Origin: Candidatus Zixiibacteriota bacterium | Lineage (GTDB): Bacteria; RBG-13-66-14; B26-G2; WVWN01 | DNA: 64,000 nucleotides | Assembly: GCA_050117845.1 (NCBI GenBank) | Contig: JASFLY010000013.1 | Coordinates: 1 to 64,000, forward strand | Direction: 5' to 3' | Shown here: in pieces, positions 27,561 to 36,883 of the stretch | Layout: each line of letters starts with the position of its first letter | Numbering within the stretch: the first letter of the stretch is position 1 | Notes under the pieces: generated by a model | What the model was told of the DNA's origin: nothing | Seen by the model: the letters and a program-made list of their open reading frames with translations, nothing else | The model's database searches: none | Position numbers and translations under genes: made by a program

Positions 27561-29657
27561 ATGAGGGAAATATCGGCCAGGCATATTCCTTGCCCCGGCA
27601 AAGCCGGGTTGGCGGCGCTACTGATAGGCGCTTTGGCCGTCGGGGCGGCCTTCGGCGCGCGCGGCGACTCGCTTTCTTCCTCGCGCGAGGTGGCGATACC
27701 GGCGGAGGGCGGGAACTACGTCCTGAAGCTCAACGACGCCGGCGCCACTTTCACGGTGTCCGCGCCGAACCGTTCCGCGGTCAAGGTAGACGCGGGGGTG
27801 TCCGTCTCGTCCGCGATATACCCGTCGTTCGCGGCCGTATCCGGGCCGTCCCTGCCTTCGCTCGAGCTCTGCCGCTGGCGGGGCCGCGCTTTCGAGGAGG
27901 GCGCCTGGGCGGCGGCCGAACTCCAGTTGGAGGAGGCCGTGGGGCCGCTGGCCTCGGGCCGGGCCGGTTTCCTCAAGTCCCTCGCGCTGAAGCTGAAGGA
28001 AGCGTACGACGCCGACGAGAGGCCGTCGTCACGGGTGGCGTTCGGCGACGCCATGTCCTTCGTCGGGACGGCGGTGGCTTTGTCGCGCCCCGACGGCAAG
28101 GTCCCGGCCGACCTCGGCCTGCCGGCGGAGGTGGCGAGTAAGGCGGGCCAGGATAAGGAGCGCTTCTTAAAAGAAGAGTGGAACGCCCGGGTCCTTACGG
28201 GAAGGTATGCCTGGGGCGACGAGTTGAAACGGGCCTACCTCACCGGCCTGTGGTTGGGCCGCCGTTTCGAGCGCGGCGACGAGAAGGAATTCAAGGCCGC
28301 CATCGCGTTGACCTGGGTGGTCGAGAGCGACCCGGACCTGTCCGGCCAGTATTCGGTACTGGCCGGCCTGGCGAACGCCGCCGCGGGGCCGCCCCCCGGC
28401 GCGTCATCGCTCGACGATTACCGTAAACTGCTGGCCGGCCGGGACGCCGCGACGGTGCTCAAGGAAGTTGGCACCGTGCGCAAGCTCCAGGCGGACGCGA
28501 AGGAGAGCGGCGACGCCTTCGTCTTTCTCCCGGCCCCGGGGCACGCCGAGCTGGAGTTGATTCGCCGCTTCGCGTTGACGGGCGTACGCGGCGACGGGGC
28601 ATGGGCCACGGCGTACGTGGCGGCCGTCCGGGCGGACGGCGTAAGCCGGCCGGGTCCGGCTTCCCCCTGGCTCGACTACGTCGCCTACGCCGGGGCCGCG
28701 CTTTCGTCCCCGGACGACTTGCCGGAAGCCAGGAAGTTGACCTGGGACGACGGATACCGCGCCCGCCTCGCCGAGTCCTTCGTGACGGCGTTCGATCAGG
28801 TCCGCGCCCGCGCGCCGGCGGCCCCGCCTTCCACGGCCGAGGCCCCGGCGGTGGAAGTGACGCCGGAGTTCCGCCTCGAGCCCGTGCCGGAATACTATCT
28901 GCGGATGGCCCGGGCGTACGGCCGGATGGCGAAGGCTTTGGACGCGACCTTCTCGCGTCCGACGACGGAGGGGATGCGTGGCCTGCGCGAGGGCGGCAAG
29001 GCCGGGACGGAATCCCTCGCGGTCGAGGCCGACGAGATAACGCAACTGTTTTACGGCCTGTATCTGCTGTCCTGCGCCGACTGCGGCCTGACGCCGGCGG
29101 CTACGGGCGGCGAGGTCCGGGATCGGGCGGGGGCCGCGGCCCTGGCGCACGGGTGGCTGGAGAAATGGAGAGAAGACGCGGAAATGGCCCGCGACGTCCG
29201 GGAGGCCTATCCGCTCGGGCCGGCCGACCCGACCAACCCGGCCGCGGGGACGCTTTACCGTTGCATCCTCGGCGTACGGGCGCTCGACGTGGAGATTAAA
29301 TACGACAAGAAGCCGGGCGTCGCGTTGTCCGGGGCGCGGGGCCAGCTCGACCTCCATTTCAAACCGATAACCTATACGCTCCTCGTCCCGGTCGTGGTCG
29401 AGGTGGCCGTGCCGGGGGACGGACCGCTTACGAACGCCGCGTTCCGGAAGCTTTGCGACGAGCACAAGGCGGAAGGCGCCATCGTCGCGGCGCTCAAGGA
29501 GTACGGCCAGGCGGAGGAAGCCCCGGTCGAGGAGGTAGTCGAGGACGGTTCCGGCCTCACGGTGGACAGCGGCGCCGTCGTCCTGATCGTAATCCTGGCG
29601 GTATTCGCGCTGATTATCATAATCGCGCTCATCGCGAGCCGCCAGCGTTACTACTGA
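27561..29657 (+). CDS. Membrane-anchored exported protein, DUF3160-like
   Basis: Signal peptide, C-terminal TM helix; GRYAW..ELKRAYLTGLWLGR and LEPVPEYY resemble DUF3160 motifs. Confidence 0.6.
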   Translation: MREISARHIPCPGKAGLAALLIGALAVGAAFGARGDSLSSSREVAIPAEGGNYVLKLNDAGATFTVSAPNRSAVKVDAGVSVSSAIYPSFAAVSGPSLPSLELCRWRGRAFEEGAWAAAELQLEEAVGPLASGRAGFLKSLALKLKEAYDADERPSSRVAFGDAMSFVGTAVALSRPDGKVPADLGLPAEVASKAGQDKERFLKEEWNARVLTGRYAWGDELKRAYLTGLWLGRRFERGDEKEFKAAIALTWVVESDPDLSGQYSVLAGLANAAAGPPPGASSLDDYRKLLAGRDAATVLKEVGTVRKLQADAKESGDAFVFLPAPGHAELELIRRFALTGVRGDGAWATAYVAAVRADGVSRPGPASPWLDYVAYAGAALSSPDDLPEARKLTWDDGYRARLAESFVTAFDQVRARAPAAPPSTAEAPAVEVTPEFRLEPVPEYYLRMARAYGRMAKALDATFSRPTTEGMRGLREGGKAGTESLAVEADEITQLFYGLYLLSCADCGLTPAATGGEVRDRAGAAALAHGWLEKWREDAEMARDVREAYPLGPADPTNPAAGTLYRCILGVRALDVEIKYDKKPGVALSGARGQLDLHFKPITYTLLVPVVVEVAVPGDGPLTNAAFRKLCDEHKAEGAIVAALKEYGQAEEAPVEEVVEDGSGLTVDSGAVVLIVILAVFALIIIIALIASRQRYY

Positions 29658-29749
29658 CGGCCGGGCCGGCCCTTTCGTCTTGACTTACGATTTTCCTTGT
29701 GGTAGCATTTTCAATCCGCGGAGGAATCTCGCCTCCGTATTTTTATATC

Positions 29750-32074
29750 ATGTACCGGGCAAACAAATATCACGTCCCCTTCGTAGTACTCTTCTTATGC
29801 GCCGGGTTCCTCCTGGCCGCCGGGGGCCGGGCGCACGCCCAGGAAGCCCCCGATATCGTCATCGACGACGTCCGGTTTGAAGGCCTGACCAGTATCGACG
29901 ATTCCTCGGTAATATCGGCCATTCGCCTGTCGTCGGGCGTACTCCTGAACGAGGCCGAACTCAAAACCATAGTCCGCGACGATATTAAAAGGATTTACCG
30001 GCTCGGTTATTTCGAGCAGGTGGACGCCTTCTACGAGGAGACCGAACCCGGCCACATGGCCGTTATTTTCGTAATAAAAGAGCGGTCCCGCATCAAGGAG
30101 ATCGTTTTCGAGGGCCGGCGCAAGATGAAGCGCAAGACCCTCGAAGAGGTTGTAAAGGCCGAGGTCGGGGAGCGCCTGTCGTTGTCGCGCCTCAAGGCCG
30201 ACGTCGAGGCGATGAAGGACCTTTATTTCGAGAAGGGTTATCGCTTCGCCGACGTATCGTACGAACTCGAGGAGACGCGGGGCGGCGTCAACGTAAAATA
30301 CAAGATCGTCGAGGGGCCGAAGGCCGTCGTCCGGGACATCGTCGTCGAGGGCAACAACGTGCTCTCCGACTGGCATATACTGAACCGCGTCCTCGAGACG
30401 AAAATAGACCGCTTTTACAACACGAAGATCCTGGACGAGGCCGTGCTGGAGGATGACTTCCGCCGCATCGAGGAGGAGTACGCCAACCGCGGCTACGTCC
30501 GGGCGAAGGTCGTCGATCACAAGATAGAGTACCGCGATAAGCGTTCGTCTATCTTCATCCGGATAACGGTCGAAGAAGGCGAGCTCTACCGGGCCGGGGA
30601 ACTGCACTTCGCCGGCAACGAGAAGTACGAGTCGGACGAGTTGGCCGAACTCGTCGATTGGCGGGCGAACAAGCCGTTCTCCGAGAAGCGGTTAAACGAG
30701 GGGGCCGACAAGGTTCGCGCGCAGTATAAGAACAACGGGTACCTGTTCGCCGTCGTCGAGCCCGCCCGGGAGGTGGACGACGAAGCGGCCGTCGTGAACG
30801 CCACGGTCCGTATCTACGAGGACCGCCCCGCGCACGTCCGCCTCATCGACATCACCGGAAACCTCTCGACCCGGGACAAGGTCATCCGCCGGGAGATGCG
30901 GCTCCAGCCCGGCGACATATATAAAGAGGACAAACTTATACGTTCGGTCCAGCGGCTCCATAACCTCGGCTACTTCGACGAGGTGCGCCCCGATATCCGC
31001 GTGGCCAACCGGGCCGAGGGCCTCGTCGACCTCGAGATAGACGTCGTCGAGAAAGCCAATACGGCGAAGGTGAACTTCGGCGCCGGCTACAGCAGCCTCG
31101 ACGGCCTGGTAGGGACCTTCAGCCTCTCCTGGGCGAACTTCGACGCCTCCCAACTGCCCCGCATCTGGCGATGCAAAGGCGCGGGTCAGGAGCTGCGTCT
31201 GTCCACCGAGTTCGGCCGCCGCCAGACGGAGTACTCCGTGGGCTTCACCGAACCGTACATCAACGACTCGAAAACGCTGGGCGCCTTCGACGTATACAAT
31301 ACCTACCGCGAGCGTTCCTATTACGACGAACGCCGCTTCGGCGGCCACGTCTCGCTGGGCCGGCCGCTTTCGGAATACGTGCGCGGCCGCGGGACCTACA
31401 CGTTCGAGTCCGTCGAGGTCGCGTCCACCATCGACGAACCGGAACGAGTGCCCTGGGTCTCCTCGGACATAGGACGCAAGAACACGTCGTCGCTGTCGTT
31501 CACCGTCGAGCGGGACAGCCGCGACAACGTCTTCTTCACGCAAGGCGGGTCCGACACGGACATCAGCATCGAAGTCGCGAGTTCGGCGCTGGCGGGGGAC
31601 GTCAACTTCTGGCGTCTGACGATGGGCTCGAGCTGGTACTTCAAGCATATCTGGGAAACGGTGCTCGCGGTCCGGGCCCGGGGCGGTTACGTCGACCGCT
31701 ATTCGACGACTAAAAACGTCCCGGTCTACGAACGTTTCTACCTCGGCGGCGCGTCGACGGTGCGCGGTTACGACGAGTGGGAAGTCGGCCCCCGGGACGT
31801 CTACGGCAACCCCGAGGGCGGCAAGTCGATGTTCTACACGAACTTCGAGTACCGCATCCCGGTATCGAAGGAATTCTTCCACTTCATCATGTTCTGGGAT
31901 TCGGGTTACTCGTGGCGGGAACTCCGCGACATCAACCTCCAGGACATGCAGTCGGGCGTGGGCGCGGGCATCCGCATCAATATCCCGATGATGGGGCTGT
32001 TGGGGCTGGATTACGGCTACGGCCTGGACGCCCATTCCGGCCAGATACACTTCAACATCGGGACCACTTTCTAG
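29750..32074 (+). CDS. bamA: Outer membrane protein assembly factor BamA
   Basis: Five POTRA-like repeats (GNLSTRDKVIRRE, LGYF), FYLGGASTVRGY, C-terminal FNIGTTF. Confidence 0.95.
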   Translation: MYRANKYHVPFVVLFLCAGFLLAAGGRAHAQEAPDIVIDDVRFEGLTSIDDSSVISAIRLSSGVLLNEAELKTIVRDDIKRIYRLGYFEQVDAFYEETEPGHMAVIFVIKERSRIKEIVFEGRRKMKRKTLEEVVKAEVGERLSLSRLKADVEAMKDLYFEKGYRFADVSYELEETRGGVNVKYKIVEGPKAVVRDIVVEGNNVLSDWHILNRVLETKIDRFYNTKILDEAVLEDDFRRIEEEYANRGYVRAKVVDHKIEYRDKRSSIFIRITVEEGELYRAGELHFAGNEKYESDELAELVDWRANKPFSEKRLNEGADKVRAQYKNNGYLFAVVEPAREVDDEAAVVNATVRIYEDRPAHVRLIDITGNLSTRDKVIRREMRLQPGDIYKEDKLIRSVQRLHNLGYFDEVRPDIRVANRAEGLVDLEIDVVEKANTAKVNFGAGYSSLDGLVGTFSLSWANFDASQLPRIWRCKGAGQELRLSTEFGRRQTEYSVGFTEPYINDSKTLGAFDVYNTYRERSYYDERRFGGHVSLGRPLSEYVRGRGTYTFESVEVASTIDEPERVPWVSSDIGRKNTSSLSFTVERDSRDNVFFTQGGSDTDISIEVASSALAGDVNFWRLTMGSSWYFKHIWETVLAVRARGGYVDRYSTTKNVPVYERFYLGGASTVRGYDEWEVGPRDVYGNPEGGKSMFYTNFEYRIPVSKEFFHFIMFWDSGYSWRELRDINLQDMQSGVGAGIRINIPMMGLLGLDYGYGLDAHSGQIHFNIGTTF

Positions 32075-32139
32075 GCGGCCGCGGGCCGCGTTTGCGGGTC
32101 CCGGGGTAGCGTTTTTCCCAAAACAACACGGTAGGAACC

Positions 32140-33621
32140 TTGCCGGACGAAAAGCCGCGTAGGACAGATTGGCCCGGCATCGTCTCGAAGCTGGTCGGGG
32201 CGGCCGCCCTCGGCCTAATCGCCGCCGGTTTCCTCGACCTCCCCGGCATAATCGCCTCCTTCACGCCCAAGGGCGAACCGACCGGTTCCGCCTTCGTCAT
32301 CGCCGACCAGCTTCGCTGGGGCGCCGGCGTCGTCGCCGTTTTCCTCGTATTGCAAACCGCCGGCCTGTTTCGCCTTAAGGCCGTCCGCCGTTTCGTCTCC
32401 TTGCTCGGCCGGGGGACGCCGAGCCGCTGGGCCTGGATAATCTTCGGCGTCGCGCTCGCGCTGCGGTTGGCCTACGCCCTCGTCGCCGAAGCTCCCCCCA
32501 TATCGGACGAGCAATACTACGTCGGCCTGGCCCGGAACCTCGTCGCCGGCGCGGGCTACACGTCGGGCGGCGTCGCCACGGCCTACTGGCCTCCCGGCTA
32601 CCCGGCCTTTCTGGCCGCGCTGTTCTTCCCCTTCGGCGGCCATTTCGCGCCCGTCATGATCGTCCAATCCGTCCTGGGTGCCGTCAGCGCCGTTCTCGTT
32701 TGGCGGCTGGGCCGGGAGTTCGTATCGGCCGGGGCGGCACGGGCCGCCGGCCTTCTCGTCGCCCTGTGCCCCAGCCAGATAGCGTACGCCTCCCGGCTGT
32801 TCCCGGCGGTGGTGACGGCCTTCGGCGTACTCGCCTTCGCGTACGCCATCGTCGTATACCGGGGTTGGCGTAGCGCCGTCGGCGCGGGGGTGTTGGCGGG
32901 CGTTACGGGCCTCGCGGCGCCGGTGGCGCTCGTCCTCGTGCCGGCGGCGTGGGCTTGCGAACTGCTGCGGCGGACGCCGGTGAAACGCTTCCTGCTCAGG
33001 GGCGTTATAATGGCGGCGGTCGCGGCGGCGTTCGTCGTCCCGTGGTCCTTGCGCAACCTCCGGGCGATGGGGGAGTCCGTGCCCATCTCCACCAACGGCG
33101 GCGTGAACCTCTGGATCGGGAACAATCCCAACTCGACGGGGGCCTACTATTACCCGACGTCCACCATCAACCCGCTCTTCATGACCGAGGGCGAGCTGGC
33201 CCGGGACAAGATAGGCCGGGAGTTCACCTGGTACTTCGTCCGCCACGAGCCGGCCCGGGCGATCTCGCTGTTCGTGCCCAAATTTATATACACGTACGGC
33301 GCCGACGTTTCGGCCTTCCAGCTCGAAGCGATACCGCGCGGCGTGAAGCCCGCCGATTCGGCGCGGCGTTTCCCGGCCCGCCTGGCGCAGACGTATTACG
33401 CGTTGTTTTTCTTGGGGTTTATTTTAGGGTTGTGGCGATATCGGCGGGACCTGTTCCGCGCCGCGCCGGAGGGAGCGGAACGGCTGGCGGCGCTTTTGAT
33501 CTGGCCGGCCGCCCTCACGCTGGTATATTTAATATTCTTCGGCCAGGACCGTTTCCACTTTCCGATGCTGCCGTTTATGGCGATTCTGGCCGGAGTCGCG
33601 TTTTACGATTCGACGGCGTAA
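32140..33621 (+). CDS. ArnT/PMT-like GT-C membrane glycosyltransferase
   Basis: SDEQYY, TAYWPPGYP, PWSLRN, STNGGVNLWIGNNP, RFHFP; many TM helices. Confidence 0.8.
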   Translation: MPDEKPRRTDWPGIVSKLVGAAALGLIAAGFLDLPGIIASFTPKGEPTGSAFVIADQLRWGAGVVAVFLVLQTAGLFRLKAVRRFVSLLGRGTPSRWAWIIFGVALALRLAYALVAEAPPISDEQYYVGLARNLVAGAGYTSGGVATAYWPPGYPAFLAALFFPFGGHFAPVMIVQSVLGAVSAVLVWRLGREFVSAGAARAAGLLVALCPSQIAYASRLFPAVVTAFGVLAFAYAIVVYRGWRSAVGAGVLAGVTGLAAPVALVLVPAAWACELLRRTPVKRFLLRGVIMAAVAAAFVVPWSLRNLRAMGESVPISTNGGVNLWIGNNPNSTGAYYYPTSTINPLFMTEGELARDKIGREFTWYFVRHEPARAISLFVPKFIYTYGADVSAFQLEAIPRGVKPADSARRFPARLAQTYYALFFLGFILGLWRYRRDLFRAAPEGAERLAALLIWPAALTLVYLIFFGQDRFHFPMLPFMAILAGVAFYDSTA

Positions 33622-33732
33622 CCTATAAAAATCACCGGGAGGTTTAACCGGGTTCGACCTGCGGGAGGGAATGACCGCGGGACACGTTATTAGTGATTTA
33701 AACTGCGGTACGAGGGAAAAGGGAGAACGATA

Positions 33733-35244
33733 ATGAGAGGCGAGGGAGTGACGCCGGTTTTCGAACCGGCAGCGTTCGCGTGTAACCTGGCGGCGGCCGC
33801 TTTTTTGTGTGTAATCGCCGCGGGGTGGATCGATATCTGGGGCATCCTAACGGCCTTGACGCCCCAGAACGAAAGTCCCAACGAGGTTTTACCGGTCGTC
33901 GGCCAGATTAGATTGGGGGCGGGCGTGGCCGCGGCCTTTTTTGCGGCGCGCGCTTTCGGCGTGTTCCGTTTACCCTGGCGCCGCCGTTTGGCCGGGATTA
34001 CGGCTCGGCGTTCTAACACGACATGGTTTTTAATAATATTCGGCGCGGCTCTGGCCTTGCGGCTTGGCTACGCCGCCGTGTCGCCGCCGCCACCAATCTC
34101 CGACGAGTCAAGCTACGACGCGTTAGCGCGAAGCGTATTGGCCGGCGGCGGTTTTTCGGAAGACGGCGTGCCCACGGCGTACCGGCCCGTCGGGTACGTC
34201 GCGGTTCTGGCCGTTTCGTACGCGGTTTTCGGCATTCACTTCTGGCCGGTAATTATTGTCCAATGTATCGTGGGAGCGGCAACCGCCGTGCTGACGTGGC
34301 GGTTGGCCGCTTTGTTCTTTAGCGAGAACGCCGCCCGGGCGGCGGGACTGATCGTGGCGACGCTGCCGAGCCAGTGGGCGTATACGGCGCGTCTTTTCCC
34401 GGTGGCATTAATGGGTTTCTTTGTCGTCGCCGCGACCTACGTTAATATCAAATATGGTAAAACGGCGGCCGCGGCCGGCGCAGGTTTCCTGGCGGGCGTC
34501 GCGACCCTGGCGGCGCCGGTATTATCGTTTTTGCCCGGTGCCTTTTTTATAATGGATTTACTGGCGGGGCGAGGCCCGAAGCGCGCGTTGTTGCGCGCGG
34601 CCGTGGCGGCTTGCGTAACCGCGGCGGTGGTGGCCCCGTGGACGTACCGGAACTGGCGCGTACTCGACGCCTTCGTCCCGGTCTCGACGAACGGCGGCGT
34701 CGTTCTATGGATGGGGAATAACCCGGACGCGAACGGCAGCTACGTATTTCCTCTCTCTCCGGCGAATCCCCTGTGGTCCGTGGCCGACGAGGTCGAGCGG
34801 GACCGCCTCGGCCGGCGATTGGCCCTGGAATATATTCGGGACGACCCGGGCGCTTTCCTGAAACTCCTTGTACCCAAGTTCGCCCACCTCTACGGTTCCG
34901 ATATTTCCGCCTTCCAGTACGGGGCCGCCGTCAGAGGCATCGACGTTGCCGTGTCGGCGCGCTCCGTATCCGCTCGCCTGGCGCAAGCGGCGTACGCCCT
35001 TTTAATCGCGGGTTTTATTGTCGGTATGATGAAGAACCGGCGGCGGATATTCGGCGCCGCCGGCGGGCGCTTGCGGTTGGCCGCGTTGCTCGTGATGCCG
35101 GCGTGTTTGACGGCCTGTTACCTCGTATTCCACGGCTTTGACCGGTATCACTTCCCGATGCTGCCGTTTATGGCGATCCTGGCCGGGGCCGCGCTATGCG
35201 GCGACGGTGACCCCGCGCCGGCGAGGGGCGACGTCGAGCCGTAA
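33733..35244 (+). CDS. ArnT/PMT-like GT-C membrane glycosyltransferase (paralog)
   Basis: SDESSY, TAYRPVGY, PWTYRN, STNGGVVLWMGNNP, RYHFP. Confidence 0.8.
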   Translation: MRGEGVTPVFEPAAFACNLAAAAFLCVIAAGWIDIWGILTALTPQNESPNEVLPVVGQIRLGAGVAAAFFAARAFGVFRLPWRRRLAGITARRSNTTWFLIIFGAALALRLGYAAVSPPPPISDESSYDALARSVLAGGGFSEDGVPTAYRPVGYVAVLAVSYAVFGIHFWPVIIVQCIVGAATAVLTWRLAALFFSENAARAAGLIVATLPSQWAYTARLFPVALMGFFVVAATYVNIKYGKTAAAAGAGFLAGVATLAAPVLSFLPGAFFIMDLLAGRGPKRALLRAAVAACVTAAVVAPWTYRNWRVLDAFVPVSTNGGVVLWMGNNPDANGSYVFPLSPANPLWSVADEVERDRLGRRLALEYIRDDPGAFLKLLVPKFAHLYGSDISAFQYGAAVRGIDVAVSARSVSARLAQAAYALLIAGFIVGMMKNRRRIFGAAGGRLRLAALLVMPACLTACYLVFHGFDRYHFPMLPFMAILAGAALCGDGDPAPARGDVEP

Positions 35245-35268
35245 TAGGATACCCGCTCATGGCGAAAT

Positions 35269-35295
35269 AAAAAACCGGCCCTGAGGCCGGTTTTT
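35269..35295. terminator. Bidirectional terminator
   Basis: AAAAAACCGGCC-CTGA-GGCCGGTTTTT between convergent genes. Confidence 0.8.
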
Positions 35296-35321
35296 ACATA
35301 CGCGATTCAGGGGGGGAACGC

Positions 35322-36611
35322 TCAGTCCGCCAGCGCCTTCTCGGACAACTTGAGCGCGCACATATTGGAGCACATGGTGCACGTCTCCGAGAGGACTTGG
35401 GGCTCGTTCTCGCGCCGCCGCCTCTCGGCTTCCGCCGGGTCGATGGCGAGTTCGGCCTGGCGCTTCCAGTCGAAGGCCCGGCGGGCCCGCGACATCTCCA
35501 GGTCCCATTCCGCCGCGCCGGGTATCCCCTTCGCGATGTCGCCGGCGTGCGCGGCGATGCGGGAGGCGATGACGCCCAGCCGCACGTCCTCGGGGCCGGG
35601 AAGGCTGATGTGTTCCGACGGCGTAACGTAGCAAAGGAAGTCCACGCCCGCGGCCGCGGCGATGGCCCCGCCGATGGCCGCCGTGATGTGGTCGTAGCCC
35701 GGGGCCACGTCCGTGACGAGCGGCCCCAGCGTGTAGAACGGCGTTCCGTCGCTGACGTCCTTTTGCAAGCGGATGTGCTCGGCCACGGCGTTCAGCGGGA
35801 CGTGGCCCGGCCCTTCCAGCATGACCTGGGCGCCGCCCTGCCGGGAGCGCCGGGCGAGTTCGGCCAGCGTCAAAAGTTCGGTTATCTGGGCGCGGTCGTT
35901 GGCGTCGGCGAGGCAGCCGGGCCGCAGGCCGTCCCCCAGCGAGAACGTGAAGTCGTACTCCACGGCCATCGCGACGAGCCGGTCGAAGAACTCGTAGAAC
36001 GGGTTCTCGGCCTTGTTGCGCGCCATCCACCCGGCCATCAACGCGCCGCCCCTAGAAACGATGTCGAGTTCGCGGCGTTGACTTTTGAGGCGTTCTATGG
36101 CGTAGCGCGTGACGCCGGCGTGCAGCGTCATGAAGGAGACGCCGTCCCGGGCGTGGGTCTCGACGACGTCGAACAACTCGTCGACCGTGGCGTCTTCGAA
36201 TTCCCGGCCCTCGTCGGCCAGCCGCGCCGCCAGCTCGTACACCGGAACGGTCCCGAGGGGGAGCGTCGTCTCGGCGATGACGGCCTTGCGAATGGCGCGG
36301 AGGTCGCCGCCGGTGGAGAGGTCCATCAGCGCGTCGGCGCCGGCCTCTTCCGCTACGCGGGTCTTGCAGAGTTCGAACTGGACGTCGGCGTGGTCGCGGC
36401 TGGTGCCGATGTTGGCGTTGACCTTGGTGCGCAGGCCCCCGCCGATGGCGACGGCGCGAACCCTCTCGCCGAGCGCTTTATTGAAGGGGAGAACCGCCGT
36501 CCCGCCGGCCACCGCCGCCCGGAGTTCCTCCGGCGTAAGGGGCTCGTTTTCCACGGCGCGGGTGACTTCATGAGTTATGCGGCCCTCGACGGCCGCCTGT
36601 AGTTGCGTCAT
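35322..36611 (-). CDS. thiC: Phosphomethylpyrimidine synthase ThiC family (ThiC or BzaF-like)
   Basis: KVNANIGTS, MDLSTGG, GTVPVY, VSRGG, SLGDGLRPG, EGPGH, YDHIT, YVTPSEH, C-terminal CTMCSNMC. Confidence 0.85.
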   Translation of the reverse strand: MTQLQAAVEGRITHEVTRAVENEPLTPEELRAAVAGGTAVLPFNKALGERVRAVAIGGGLRTKVNANIGTSRDHADVQFELCKTRVAEEAGADALMDLSTGGDLRAIRKAVIAETTLPLGTVPVYELAARLADEGREFEDATVDELFDVVETHARDGVSFMTLHAGVTRYAIERLKSQRRELDIVSRGGALMAGWMARNKAENPFYEFFDRLVAMAVEYDFTFSLGDGLRPGCLADANDRAQITELLTLAELARRSRQGGAQVMLEGPGHVPLNAVAEHIRLQKDVSDGTPFYTLGPLVTDVAPGYDHITAAIGGAIAAAAGVDFLCYVTPSEHISLPGPEDVRLGVIASRIAAHAGDIAKGIPGAAEWDLEMSRARRAFDWKRQAELAIDPAEAERRRRENEPQVLSETCTMCSNMCALKLSEKALAD

Positions 36612-36883
36612 TTTCCTATCATCTCCGGACTTTTCGTATGTATAAGTGTAATAAAAACCACGTATAAAAGTCAAGGTGATTTGGGGTTAAACGTGCCGTC
36701 AGATGTTACCATATGGCGGCCTCAACGAAGCTGCGGGGAACGGCGGGCGTAAAGCCCGCCGCTTCAATATTGAGTAACAAATGCAGGTTCCCGCTTCCGA
36801 GTCCTTGATTGGCCGGCGATATAACATTATAATGGGCGAGTAATTATTATACCTCACCGGAACCACAGCGAAGGGGTGCACCC

